A stretch of DNA of 64,000 bases from IMG/VR virus record IMGVR_UViG_2049941000_000043; one strand, given 5' to 3'. Made by a program: the position numbers and the translations under genes. Every line of letters begins with the position of its first letter. The stretch's first letter is position 1. The DNA comes from an uncultured virus (IMG/VR IMGVR_UViG_2049941000_000043). Lineage: Duplodnaviria > Heunggongvirae > Uroviricota > Caudoviricetes. The notes under the pieces are model-generated. The model saw only the letters and a list, made by a program, of their open reading frames with translations, had not been told where the DNA came from and did not search any database. Below, one piece after another: positions 21,055 to 29,841 of the stretch.

Positions 21055-22563
21055 GTGGCAACAGATACTCTAGAAATTTTTGGAACAGAATATACAGGTG
21101 TTACTGGCATCAAAGCTACTGATGATAATGGTGATGTATTAGCGTATATTAGGCCGTTGACCATTCCGGTTACGTTTGTTAATCATAGAAATGTATCAAC
21201 ATCAATTAGATATACACCTTCATTTACAAATAATATGCCGGTAAATTCCAGTGGCTATATTACTACTAACGTTGTTAAATTAATATCTAGCAATAGTCAA
21301 GTAGATACTTTGTTCTTCAAGAATGCTTTTGTCAGTATAGAGAGTACCGAAGCAAATGGCGATTTTGAATTACGTAGTAATAACACTGTTATCGCCCCTA
21401 AGTACCAATATAAATATTGGAGTGGAATAAGATATTATTACTATAAATGTTATACATTTTCTTCTACAGTATTACCAGATACCGGTGGAACTATTGATAT
21501 TTACGATTGTTCTGATCCAGTACCAGAAGCGGTGACGATAGACACTTTGTCAGTAACTACCAATGATACTTATACTGCCCCAGCAGGAACGGCATATAGC
21601 GAAGTTACTGTAAATGTTTCTGGTGGAGGATCGCCGACACTACAGACGAAAACAGCAACTCCTACTGAATCTGCCCAAGTAATTACTGCCGATAGCGGAT
21701 ACGATGGTTTGGATGAGGTTGATGTTGCGGCTATAAGCCCAACCTATGTTGGTTCTGGCATTACACGGAGATCGTCTTCAGATCTTACGGATAGCGGTGC
21801 GACTGTTACTGTGCCGAGCGGTTATTACGAATCGCAGGCGAGTAAAACGATTACAAATGGCATGGTTAATCCTCCGGGAACAATTACAGCTACAGACGCT
21901 ACTGTAAGTACGGGAACAAATACTCTTACATTATCTAAGTCAAACATTTCTACTGCAACAAGTGTCGTTTTCGCTGGATATGTTAGCTCAAGCACAAGCG
22001 GTTATACGACAGCCACTTTGACTGCCAGTGTGCCAACTAAAGCCGCAGCGACAATTACTCCAGGTACTACAGATCAGACTATTGCAAGTGGAACATATTT
22101 GACTGGTGCACAAACCATTAGCGGAGATGCCAATCTTGTAGCAGGGAACATAAAATCCGGCACTACGATCTTCGGTGTGACAGGTAATTACTCCGGTGGT
22201 GGATCGGTAAACATTGCTTCTACTACTTGGACTTGTTCCAACACCTCAACACTAAGTCATGAGTTTACTGGCTTAAATGGTACACCTAAAGCAGCGTTTC
22301 TGCGGTGTACTACCCAATTGACCCGTTCATCCAGTCAATCATATTACTATATTGCTGACATAGTATGGGATGGAACGGAATGCCGTGGTAACTATCATCT
22401 AAGATCTAATGGTACTTATACTAACTGCACAGCTACGGCTGCGTCCCACTATACTGTAACAGTTGGCACGAATAGTATCACTTTCAATTCCCAGGCTACT
22501 AGTCGCAGTTACGCTCCTGGTAGTTTTTATAACGGCACATACGAACTCGTTTATATTTATTAA
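21055..22563 (+). CDS. Accessory fibre protein
   Basis: Thr/Ser-rich; N-terminus shared with 53799; GDANLVAGNIKSG motif. Confidence 0.65.
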   Translation: MATDTLEIFGTEYTGVTGIKATDDNGDVLAYIRPLTIPVTFVNHRNVSTSIRYTPSFTNNMPVNSSGYITTNVVKLISSNSQVDTLFFKNAFVSIESTEANGDFELRSNNTVIAPKYQYKYWSGIRYYYYKCYTFSSTVLPDTGGTIDIYDCSDPVPEAVTIDTLSVTTNDTYTAPAGTAYSEVTVNVSGGGSPTLQTKTATPTESAQVITADSGYDGLDEVDVAAISPTYVGSGITRRSSSDLTDSGATVTVPSGYYESQASKTITNGMVNPPGTITATDATVSTGTNTLTLSKSNISTATSVVFAGYVSSSTSGYTTATLTASVPTKAAATITPGTTDQTIASGTYLTGAQTISGDANLVAGNIKSGTTIFGVTGNYSGGGSVNIASTTWTCSNTSTLSHEFTGLNGTPKAAFLRCTTQLTRSSSQSYYYIADIVWDGTECRGNYHLRSNGTYTNCTATAASHYTVTVGTNSITFNSQATSRSYAPGSFYNGTYELVYIY

Positions 22564-22566
22564 GGA

Positions 22567-22824
22567 GTGATACAAATGATTCTCCCGGATAAAATTTATG
22601 ACTGCATTCGGTTTGTAGCAGAACTCCTGCTTCCCGGACTCGCCACTTTGTATGCGGCTTTAGCTCCCGTGTGGGGCTTCCCATACGCACAGGAAATCGT
22701 GACCACAGTAATTGCTGTTGACACTTTCCTTGGTTTGTTTGTAAACTATCTGCGGAAGCGTTACAACCTGAATCCCGATCCAATCATTGACGAAAGGAGC
22801 GATGACGATGAAAGTGACTCTTGA
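22567..22824 (+). CDS. Holin (Dp-1-like)
   Basis: LPGLATLYAALAPVWGFPY; two TM segments; precedes amidase. Confidence 0.8.
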   Translation: MIQMILPDKIYDCIRFVAELLLPGLATLYAALAPVWGFPYAQEIVTTVIAVDTFLGLFVNYLRKRYNLNPDPIIDERSDDDESDS

Positions 22825-22892
22825 AGAGGGAGTGGAAACCAACAACGAAACCCTGGACGAACTGACGAACGGGAAAGGAGAGGAGGAGGAAA

Positions 22893-23874
22893 ATGAGCAA
22901 CAGTAAACTTGTTTCCGTGACCGTCCTGTCCCCAAACAACAGCGGAACAAGGACTATGAAAATAGATCGAATCACTCCGCATTGCGTTGTAGGGCAGATG
23001 TCAGCCGGATCGTTGGGAACGTGGTTCTCCCATTCCAGTACCCAGGCATCCAGCAACTACGGCATAGGGTGGGACGGCAAAATCGGTATGTATGTGCCGG
23101 AAGATAAGCGGTCCTGGTGTTCCAGTTCATCTGCCAACGATCAGAGGGCCGTAACCATTGAATGCGCCAGCGATACCACCGCCAAGACCGGTTACGCAAT
23201 GAAAGATGCGGTGTATGCTTCGCTCATCAAACTGTGCGTAGACATCTGTCAGCGGAATGGCAAGACCAAACTCCTGTGGATTCCTGACAAGGCGAAAGCA
23301 CTCGCCTATACTCCCAAAAAAGATGAAATGCTTTTGACTGTCCACAGGTGGTTTGCCAACAAGTCCTGTCCCGGCGAGTGGCTTTACTCCCGCCTGTCAG
23401 ACTTGGCAAACAAGGTGACAAAGGAACTGACCCCAGTAGAACCGGCTCCCGCTCCGTCTACGGGAAGCAAGGCAATTGAAGCGGGTGCTACGATTGCCCT
23501 GAAGAACGAACCTCTGTATGCTTCGTCCACAAATAAGACGGTGGCAAACAGGGTTACTGGCAATTACTACTATTGGGGTGGCCCAGTGGTGAATGGGAGA
23601 ATCCGTNNNNNNNNNNNNNNNNNNNNNNNNNNNNNNNNNNNNNNNNNNNNNNNNNNNNNNNNNNNNNNNNNNNNTGGGGATTTCGGGACAGGTAACAGGA
23701 TGGATTGACAAACCTTCCGATGTAGGTTATATTGTCTATGTGGTTCAGTCGGGCGATACTCTTCGGAAGATAGCTACGAAGTATAGCACAACCATCGCCA
23801 AGATTGGCGAAATCAATAATATCAAGAACCTGGATCTCATCAATGTCGGGCAGAAGTTGAAGATCCCCGTATAA
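22893..23874 (+). CDS. Endolysin: Amidase_2 domain, SH3-like segment, LysM (gap 23607-23674)
   Basis: ITPHCVVG, ASSNYGIG, TIECAS, HRWFANKSCPG; C-terminal YVVQSGDTLRKIA LysM. Confidence 0.9.
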
Positions 23875-23876
23875 AG

Positions 23877-24101
23877 GTGGGATTAAAAGTGATTGACAGA
23901 GAAGACATTGAACGGTTGAAAGAGATATTCGTTACCCGTCAGGAGTGTGACTCTACCGTGGACGAAATCAACAAGAAACTCGCCAATGACATGACAGAGT
24001 TTGCCGTTATAAAGACAAAGCTGAACGCTATCTTGTGGGGCATCGGCGTGATTGGGAGTGCCGTTATCGGTGTTCTCATCAAGATGATTTTTGAGAGGTG
24101 A
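23877..24101 (+). CDS. Small coiled-coil membrane protein
   Basis: C-terminal hydrophobic helix ILWGIGVIGSAVIGVLI. Confidence 0.6.
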   Translation: MGLKVIDREDIERLKEIFVTRQECDSTVDEINKKLANDMTEFAVIKTKLNAILWGIGVIGSAVIGVLIKMIFER

Positions 24102-24104
24102 CCT

Positions 24105-24407
24105 ATGCCTGACTGTAGTGCTTGCAAAGAAAACAGACTGGCTACCGAGCCTGTTCCCTACATAGTCCACGAAGCTGCCTTGGCACGGCTTGAGAGAACC
24201 GTGAAAAGGTTGTGGATTCTCGCTTTGGTTGCCGTTGCTCTATTGGTGGCTACCAATGCCCTTTGGATATGGTATGAGGGTCAGTTTCAAGACGAGAGCT
24301 GGACATATGAAGCAACCACAGACAATGGTGGTACTGCTATCGCAAGTGACGGCGAGGTGAATTATTATGGCAACGGCGAGAATAACGCACCGCAGACGGA
24401 GCCGTAA
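24105..24407 (+). CDS. Single-TM hypothetical protein
   Basis: VPYIVHE...KRLWILALVAVALLVATNALWIW. Confidence 0.65.
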   Translation: MPDCSACKENRLATEPVPYIVHEAALARLERTVKRLWILALVAVALLVATNALWIWYEGQFQDESWTYEATTDNGGTAIASDGEVNYYGNGENNAPQTEP

Positions 24408-24483
24408 GTACGGCGGTAGCACGGGCTACAGGAAGTGCCGGAACTGCGGTGGCGGTGGAAGAGTAAAAATCCGCAGAAGGTAG
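24367..24483 (+). CDS. 38-aa basic mini-protein with CxxCxGxG (not in ORF track)
   Basis: MATARITHRRRSRKYGGSTGYRKCRNCGGGGRVKIRRR*, RBS GAGGTG upstream. Confidence 0.55.
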   Translation: MATARITHRRRSRKYGGSTGYRKCRNCGGGGRVKIRRR

Positions 24484-24489
24484 TCTGCT

Positions 24490-24687
24490 ATGAAAGACTA
24501 CACCAACAGCCACATCACTTTTCTCATTGATGAACATATCCACAACAAGCGTGACCGGGAAATCATGAAGATGCACTATGTTGATGGTCTGTCTGCCGAA
24601 ATGATTGCCAATCAGATAGACTTATCTCCACGGCGCATCAGCCAAATCCTTTCTGACAGATTAATGGAGATTTCTCCGTTTCTGTAA
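24490..24687 (+). CDS. Sigma70 region-4-like HTH protein
   Basis: RDREIMKMHYVDGLSAEMIANQIDLSPRRISQIL. Confidence 0.7.
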   Translation: MKDYTNSHITFLIDEHIHNKRDREIMKMHYVDGLSAEMIANQIDLSPRRISQILSDRLMEISPFL

Positions 24688-24710
24688 TATTCTTCTACCT
24701 TCCTTCCGTA

Positions 24711-24751
24711 AAGATTCGCTCTTACTTCATAGTAAGGGCGAGTCTTTTTTT
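24711..24751 (+). terminator. Intrinsic terminator
   Basis: AGATTCGCTCTTACT / AGTAAGGGCGAGTCT stem followed by a T run. Confidence 0.75.
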
Positions 24752-24782
24752 GTACCCTATAGGCAGAAAGGGGCGATGCTTT

Positions 24783-25160
24783 ATGTGGGAACTATACAAC
24801 ACTAATCCGACAGGAAAGCACGTTGGTGACTGCACAGTAAGAGCGTTGTGCAAAGCCTTGGATATTGAGTGGGACAAAGCGTATATGAAACTCGCCGCCA
24901 AAGGTTTTGAGATGTGCGATATGCCGTCAAGCAATGCAGTCTTCGGTGCGGTTCTCCGAGAAAACGGATTTAAACGAGAAACGATTCCCAATGAATGTCC
25001 TGATTGCTACACCTTGGAAGACTTCGCTAATGACCATCCGACAGGAACATATGTTGTCGGCATGAGCGGACACGTTGCCACGGTCATTGATGGTGTCATT
25101 TACGATGCATGGCATTCAGAAGCGGAGATCCCGCTCTACGTTTGGAGAAAGGATGATTAA
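24783..25160 (+). CDS. Papain/C39-like putative cysteine peptidase
   Basis: NP...GDCTVRA (Cys), GHV (His), IYDAW (Asp). Confidence 0.6.
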   Translation: MWELYNTNPTGKHVGDCTVRALCKALDIEWDKAYMKLAAKGFEMCDMPSSNAVFGAVLRENGFKRETIPNECPDCYTLEDFANDHPTGTYVVGMSGHVATVIDGVIYDAWHSEAEIPLYVWRKDD

Positions 25161-25162
25161 CA

Positions 25163-25666
25163 ATGGCAATGTACCCTAACTACTTCCCGGTAACCTATCA
25201 GCCGAATTATTACAACCCTACGAATCCCTATCAGCCTGTGTATCCCACGCAGACGATGCCGCAGGCACAACCTGTTCAGCAGACACAGCCTGTGCAACCG
25301 CAGAATCCGTCTTCCATCCTATGGGTACGGAACAATCAGGAAGCTGCGATGTATCCAGTAGCACCTAACAATGCCGTAGCACTGTGGGATTCCGGCTCTC
25401 CTGTCATCTATCTTAAACAGGCTGATGCATCCGGGAAGCCTACCATGAAAACCTTTGACCTTGTAGAACGCATTGAGAAGCCGTCAGAGAGCATTTCTTC
25501 GCAGACAAGCGCAGACATTGCCTATGCGACAAAAGACGAACTGGCGGCTCTGGCGGGCGTTGTACGGGATGTAGACGGGGTTATATCCGAACTGAAGGAC
25601 GAGGTTAACAACCTGAAAGCCAAGACCCCAGTGCGGAAGAAGAAGGAAGTGGAAGACGATGGCTAA
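25163..25666 (+). CDS. Hypothetical protein with Tyr/Pro/Gln-rich N-terminus and C-terminal coiled coil
   Basis: WV...YPVAPN..V.LWDS...IYLKQADASGKP core. Confidence 0.7.
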   Translation: MAMYPNYFPVTYQPNYYNPTNPYQPVYPTQTMPQAQPVQQTQPVQPQNPSSILWVRNNQEAAMYPVAPNNAVALWDSGSPVIYLKQADASGKPTMKTFDLVERIEKPSESISSQTSADIAYATKDELAALAGVVRDVDGVISELKDEVNNLKAKTPVRKKKEVEDDG

Positions 25667-25898
25667 TCCGTTCTTCAATGCCCTTGGCGGTAATGCTATG
25701 GGCGGTATGAATCCTATGGCTATGCTTGCCCAGTTGCGGTCTAATCCGATGGGCTTACTGCGACAGGCGGGCTACAATGTGCCGGACAACATATCCAGTC
25801 CACAGGCAATCATTCAGCACTTAATGAACAGCGGGCAGATTAGTCAGCAACAGCTTTCCAACGCACAGAATATGGCTCAACGCTTTGGAATGCGTTAA
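25659..25898 (+). CDS. Small Gln/Met/Asn-rich hypothetical protein
   Basis: NP...IIQHLMNSGQISQQQL motif. Confidence 0.7.
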   Translation: MANPFFNALGGNAMGGMNPMAMLAQLRSNPMGLLRQAGYNVPDNISSPQAIIQHLMNSGQISQQQLSNAQNMAQRFGMR

Positions 25899-25991
25899 CT
25901 GCGTTGGATTCAACGCATATAGGTGATAAATATCAACTTTGCGAGTGTACATAGCGAAGGTGGTAAATATAAGACGAAAGGAATATGAACT

Positions 25992-26222
25992 ATGGCTCTT
26001 ACTGATGAAGGAAGCGGCTCCATTCCTGCAACGATGCTTGTAGGCCCGACTGGTTTTGGTGGTGGTATGCCCTATCCCGTTTACGGCGGTGGCAATTCCA
26101 TGTACTACTACGAAGGTGGAGAAGACTTCGCCGAACAGATGAAGGAACTTATGGAAGATGCTCCCAACGAACAGGTCAAGCAGAGAATGCGCCAGTTGAT
26201 GCAGGATATGCAGCAGATGTAA
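25992..26222 (+). CDS. Hypothetical protein, possibly a deletion-fusion of two genes
   Basis: Gly-rich N-half joined abruptly to a helical ELMEDAPNEQVKQRMRQLM C-half. Confidence 0.55.
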   Translation: MALTDEGSGSIPATMLVGPTGFGGGMPYPVYGGGNSMYYYEGGEDFAEQMKELMEDAPNEQVKQRMRQLMQDMQQM

Positions 26223-26279
26223 CCGAATATCGGAAACCAACATCATAGAATCAGCGATACATTCGGTGATGTCTCATCC

Positions 26280-26314
26280 AAAGAGAGAGTCGGTAACCCC
26301 GGCTCTTTCTTTTT
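26280..26314 (+). terminator. Intrinsic terminator
   Basis: AGAGAGAGTCGG / CCGGCTCTTTCT stem plus T run. Confidence 0.75.
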
Positions 26315-26349
26315 GCTCAAATTTGTATAAAAAAATTATAAAAAAGTTA

Positions 26350-26377
26350 TTGACAAACGGATTCAAACTGTTATAAT
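26350..26377 (+). promoter_or_regulatory. Strong early promoter
   Basis: TTGACA-16nt-TATAAT with an A-rich upstream element. Confidence 0.8.
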
Positions 26378-26410
26378 AAAGACATCCAAGACAGGAAGGG
26401 AGAAGGAACA

Positions 26411-26590
26411 ATGAAAGCGATCAGAGATATTATCTGCCTGTTGGCGGGGCTGTTTATCCTTGGCGTTGCCGGGGGGCTTGAGAAAGGGCTTATCTCCATT
26501 GGCGGTGCGCTCCTTGCGTGGGGCATCTCCGCAATGGTCATCAGCATAGTAATTCTGATAGAAAGGAGTAGGACAAATGATAGGACATAA
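26411..26590 (+). CDS. 59-aa two-TM membrane protein (not in ORF track)
   Basis: MKAIRDIICLLAGLFILGVAGGLEKGLISIGG...; homologous to 58126-58290. Confidence 0.65.
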   Translation: MKAIRDIICLLAGLFILGVAGGLEKGLISIGGALLAWGISAMVISIVILIERSRTNDRT

Positions 26591-26762
26591 GCTGTGGGAT
26601 TTCGGTTTCTGCCCGGAAGACAGGAGAGAACCGCCGGATCTTGACTTCTCTTCGGACGAACTGGACGAGGAAGAGATGTCCTGGGCTTACGAAGACGATC
26701 CGTGGCGGGACTACTACGATGGCGATGAAAACGATCTGATGGGAACAAGAAAGGGGTATTAA
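26577..26762 (+). CDS. Highly acidic small protein
   Basis: D/E-rich (DELDEEE, YEDD, DGDEND); RBS AGGAG. Confidence 0.6.
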   Translation: MIGHKLWDFGFCPEDRREPPDLDFSSDELDEEEMSWAYEDDPWRDYYDGDENDLMGTRKGY

Positions 26763-26763
26763 A

Positions 26764-26967
26764 ATGAGAGCGAGAGAATGTCCGTTCTGCGGATCTCCGA
26801 GGATTGAGTTCGCAGAGGAAGAGATGATGGAAAAGACGGTGTACAAAGTGCGGTGCATGGCGTGTGGGGCATCTGGGCCTGTCAACTTCGTGTCGGAAAC
26901 AAAATGCAAAGCCGTTCAGAATTGGGATCGGCGTAGTGAGTTCCGAACCTACACAGAGGTGAACTGA
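26764..26967 (+). CDS. Lar-like zinc-ribbon protein
   Basis: CPFCG...CMACGASGP...AVQNWDRR. Confidence 0.7.
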   Translation: MRARECPFCGSPRIEFAEEEMMEKTVYKVRCMACGASGPVNFVSETKCKAVQNWDRRSEFRTYTEVN

Positions 26968-27329
26968 TGGAAGACTGCGGACTGAAGAGTTACCAGGACA
27001 TCCGAGAGACGGAAGAGCCGGAATACGAAATCCCGATGGACGAGCCACATCGTGTGGCACTTCTTAAGGTATATGTAGCGGAGTTTTTTACCGATGTAAT
27101 GGATGTACAGGATGACACGAAAGCGAACCTATGGTTTGACTGGATGCCTGACAAAGTGATGGTGTATACCACCACGGGAAGTGCGTGGCATCAGAGTGGC
27201 CCAATAGAGATGATTGCCGAAGCGAACCTGGACGAAATTTACGAATCGTCCATAGAACACATTTTTGATGAACTCCACGAATCCCTGTGGGATTGGAGAG
27301 ACAAGAAACTGGGGGTTGACAATGGGTAA
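26967..27329 (+). CDS. Acidic hypothetical protein
   Basis: Translationally coupled ORF, 120 aa. Confidence 0.55.
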   Translation: MEDCGLKSYQDIRETEEPEYEIPMDEPHRVALLKVYVAEFFTDVMDVQDDTKANLWFDWMPDKVMVYTTTGSAWHQSGPIEMIAEANLDEIYESSIEHIFDELHESLWDWRDKKLGVDNG

Positions 27330-27504
27330 GAAGAAAAAGGGAAACAACAGACGGCGCAACAACACCCTGATGGTGATGCTTGACGATGCCGAAAAAGCGT
27401 TCGTTAGGGAGAAAGCCGAAAGCTATGGGATGACGATGTCCTCTTATGCGAGGTTCAGTCTTCTGATTGGAATGGACAAGGTGAAGCCGAATGACGGAAA
27501 GTGA
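27322..27504 (+). CDS. Ribbon-helix-helix DNA-binding protein
   Basis: LMVMLDDAEKAFVREKAESYGMTMSSYAR. Confidence 0.65.
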   Translation: MGKKKKGNNRRRNNTLMVMLDDAEKAFVREKAESYGMTMSSYARFSLLIGMDKVKPNDGK

Positions 27505-28288
27505 ATACCGACAGAAAGACGGCATCTCACGATCCGAACTGTGGAAGATGATGGAGTCGCCGGAGAAATTCAAATGGTATCAGGAGAATCCCGCTCCTAT
27601 GACTCCGACTTTCATCTTCGGTGCGGCTGCACACAAACTGATGCTTGATTCCGAAACCTGGGGAGAAGAGTTTGCCGTAGCCCCCATTATTGACAGACGG
27701 ACAAAAGAAGGAAAATCTCAATACGCTGAATGGCTTGACAAGGTTGTTGGTCGGGAAATCATCAGTGCAGAGGATTACGAAACCATACAGGACATGGTGT
27801 CCGTTGCAATGGGTATTTCATTCGTGGAGAAACTGCTTGCCGGGGAAAAAGAAACTCCTCTCTTTTGGACGGACGAATTGACAGGAGAGCCGTGCAAGGC
27901 AAGACTTGACTGTGTGACGATGGTTGCAGACAAGCCCGTTATCGTAGACTACAAAACCACCAACGATGCAAGCACGGACGGGTTTATGAGATCCGCTATC
28001 AAGTACGGATATGACTTTCAGGCTGCGATGTACTCTGAAGCATACAAGGCAAACTTTGGAATCGTTCCAACCTTTGTCTTCATAGCACAGGAGAAGACCG
28101 CTCCGTACTCCGTCAATATCCTGCAAGCGGACGATGTGTTTGTTAAGAGAGGGTATGACATCTTCCGTCAGTTGATCGGTACATACCACGATTGTAAGCA
28201 GAGTGGCAATTGGTGGGGCTACCTTGGCCCGTACAATGTGATAAACAACCTTGCCCTTCCGGCTTGGTTGGCGAAGGAGATTGAGTAA
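27491..28288 (+). CDS. RecE/ExoVIII-like PD-(D/E)xK exonuclease (DUF3799-like)
   Basis: ISRSEL, G.AAH, CKARLD, IVDYKTT, YDFQAAMY. Confidence 0.85.
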   Translation: MTESEYRQKDGISRSELWKMMESPEKFKWYQENPAPMTPTFIFGAAAHKLMLDSETWGEEFAVAPIIDRRTKEGKSQYAEWLDKVVGREIISAEDYETIQDMVSVAMGISFVEKLLAGEKETPLFWTDELTGEPCKARLDCVTMVADKPVIVDYKTTNDASTDGFMRSAIKYGYDFQAAMYSEAYKANFGIVPTFVFIAQEKTAPYSVNILQADDVFVKRGYDIFRQLIGTYHDCKQSGNWWGYLGPYNVINNLALPAWLAKEIE

Positions 28289-28587
28289 TGGACAGAGGGA
28301 AACTGGAAAAAGCGAAGAGGTACTTTGCTTACGAAATACGCTTCAACAGCAGTCAGTTTGGCAATGAGGAGATTGTCCCGTATCTCCAGATTGCGTTTTC
28401 TGCAATCAAAGAGAAACTGGAGAACAAAGATCCGATTGAAGATGCCATCCAGTATTTCCGTGAGGAATCCGACCGCTATGCCCGTGCGTCGGAGATTAAC
28501 GGCTGCGAGATGACCGAGGAATGGGCATTCAACAAAGAGATGTGCGAAATCGCCATCAAACTACTTGAGGAGAAATGTGATGTATAA
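28288..28587 (+). CDS. Hypothetical protein
   Basis: Coupled ORF with an internal helical repeat. Confidence 0.5.
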   Translation: MDRGKLEKAKRYFAYEIRFNSSQFGNEEIVPYLQIAFSAIKEKLENKDPIEDAIQYFREESDRYARASEINGCEMTEEWAFNKEMCEIAIKLLEEKCDV

Positions 28588-29443
28588 AAAAGAAATGATC
28601 CCGGTAGAGGATACCGAAATCGTGGAACGGGATGTGATTCCGGGGCCGAATGTTCCCGCTCCCATCAATCTTCCGACAGACACCATCAACCAGGGTACTG
28701 TCGCAATCGAAGCAAGCCGAGCCGTTGCGGAAGCGCAGGGCAAACTGCTGATAGCGAAGAAGTTTCCCAGGGATGAGATTGCTGCCTACTCCAAGGCCAT
28801 TGAAGCCTGTCGGAGAAAGACGATGGCGAAGAAAGCGTTTTATGCCTATCCCCGTGGTGGGCAGACCGTTGAAGGGCCTACGATCCGATTCGCCGAGGAA
28901 CTTGCCCGTTGTTGGGGCAACATTGACTACGGCATCAAGGAACTGTCGCAGGACGGTGGCAAGTCCGAACTTCAGGCTTACGCTTGGGACTTGGAAACGA
29001 ATGCCCAGTCGGTACAGAATTTCACGAATCCCCATCAGCGTGAGGTCAAGGGAAAGATGCAGAGTTTGACCAGTCAGCGTGACATCTACGAAGCGAACGC
29101 AAATATGGCTACTCGCCGCATGAGAGCTAGAATCCTCGCCATCCTTCCGGCGTGGTTCGTAGAGGATTGCATTGCCGAATGCAAGAAGACACTTGCCGGG
29201 GACAACGAAGAACCACTGATTGACCGAGTGAAGAAGATGGTCATCCAGTTTCAGAAATTCGGTGTTTCCCAGGAGATGATTGAACGGCGGTTGAAGCGTA
29301 AAGTGGAAACCATGACCGCTGATGACTTCACCGAGTATATTGGAATCTTCAACGCCATCAAAGAGGGCGAGAGCAAGGTAGCAGAATGGTTCGCTGCCGA
29401 GCCGGAAGCCAAGGATCTGACAGAAGCACTGAAAGGAGAATAA
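28580..29443 (+). CDS. Putative single-strand annealing/recombination protein
   Basis: Between exonuclease and SSB; AKKFPRD, YPRGG..VEGPTIRFAEELAR.WGN motifs. Confidence 0.5.
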   Translation: MYKKEMIPVEDTEIVERDVIPGPNVPAPINLPTDTINQGTVAIEASRAVAEAQGKLLIAKKFPRDEIAAYSKAIEACRRKTMAKKAFYAYPRGGQTVEGPTIRFAEELARCWGNIDYGIKELSQDGGKSELQAYAWDLETNAQSVQNFTNPHQREVKGKMQSLTSQRDIYEANANMATRRMRARILAILPAWFVEDCIAECKKTLAGDNEEPLIDRVKKMVIQFQKFGVSQEMIERRLKRKVETMTADDFTEYIGIFNAIKEGESKVAEWFAAEPEAKDLTEALKGE

Positions 29444-29446
29444 GAT

Positions 29447-29839
29447 ATGGCACTCAATATCATAGCATTGACTGGCAGACTCGTCAGAGAACCGGAAGTC
29501 AACAAAACGCAGAGCGGTGTTTCCGTATGCGGTTTTTCCATAGCGGTGGACAGACCGTACAGAACCGGAGAGGAGAAGAAAGCAGACTTCTTTGACTGCA
29601 CAGCTTGGAGACACAATGCCGATTTTCTGAAGAGGTATTTCCACAAGGGAGATATGGTCGGAGTGTCCGGGCATCTTCAGACAAGAACATGGGAAACCGA
29701 GGACGGACAGAAGCGCAGAGTGGTTGAAGTGGTTGCGGACACTGTTTCATTTTTGACTGGCAAGAAGGAGTCCGATACCGCTCCTGTTCATGGCGACTTT
29801 GCCCCGGTTGATGCCGAAGATGGCGATCTTCCTTTCTGA
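29447..29839 (+). CDS. ssb: Single-stranded DNA-binding protein
   Basis: GRLVREPE OB-fold; acidic DLPF tail. Confidence 0.93.
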   Translation: MALNIIALTGRLVREPEVNKTQSGVSVCGFSIAVDRPYRTGEEKKADFFDCTAWRHNADFLKRYFHKGDMVGVSGHLQTRTWETEDGQKRRVVEVVADTVSFLTGKKESDTAPVHGDFAPVDAEDGDLPF

Positions 29840-29841
29840 CT

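Noticed and set aside
15573..22563. Diversity-generating retroelement acting on fibre genes
   Set aside because: No reverse transcriptase and no adenine-specific TR/VR pair seen in either phage
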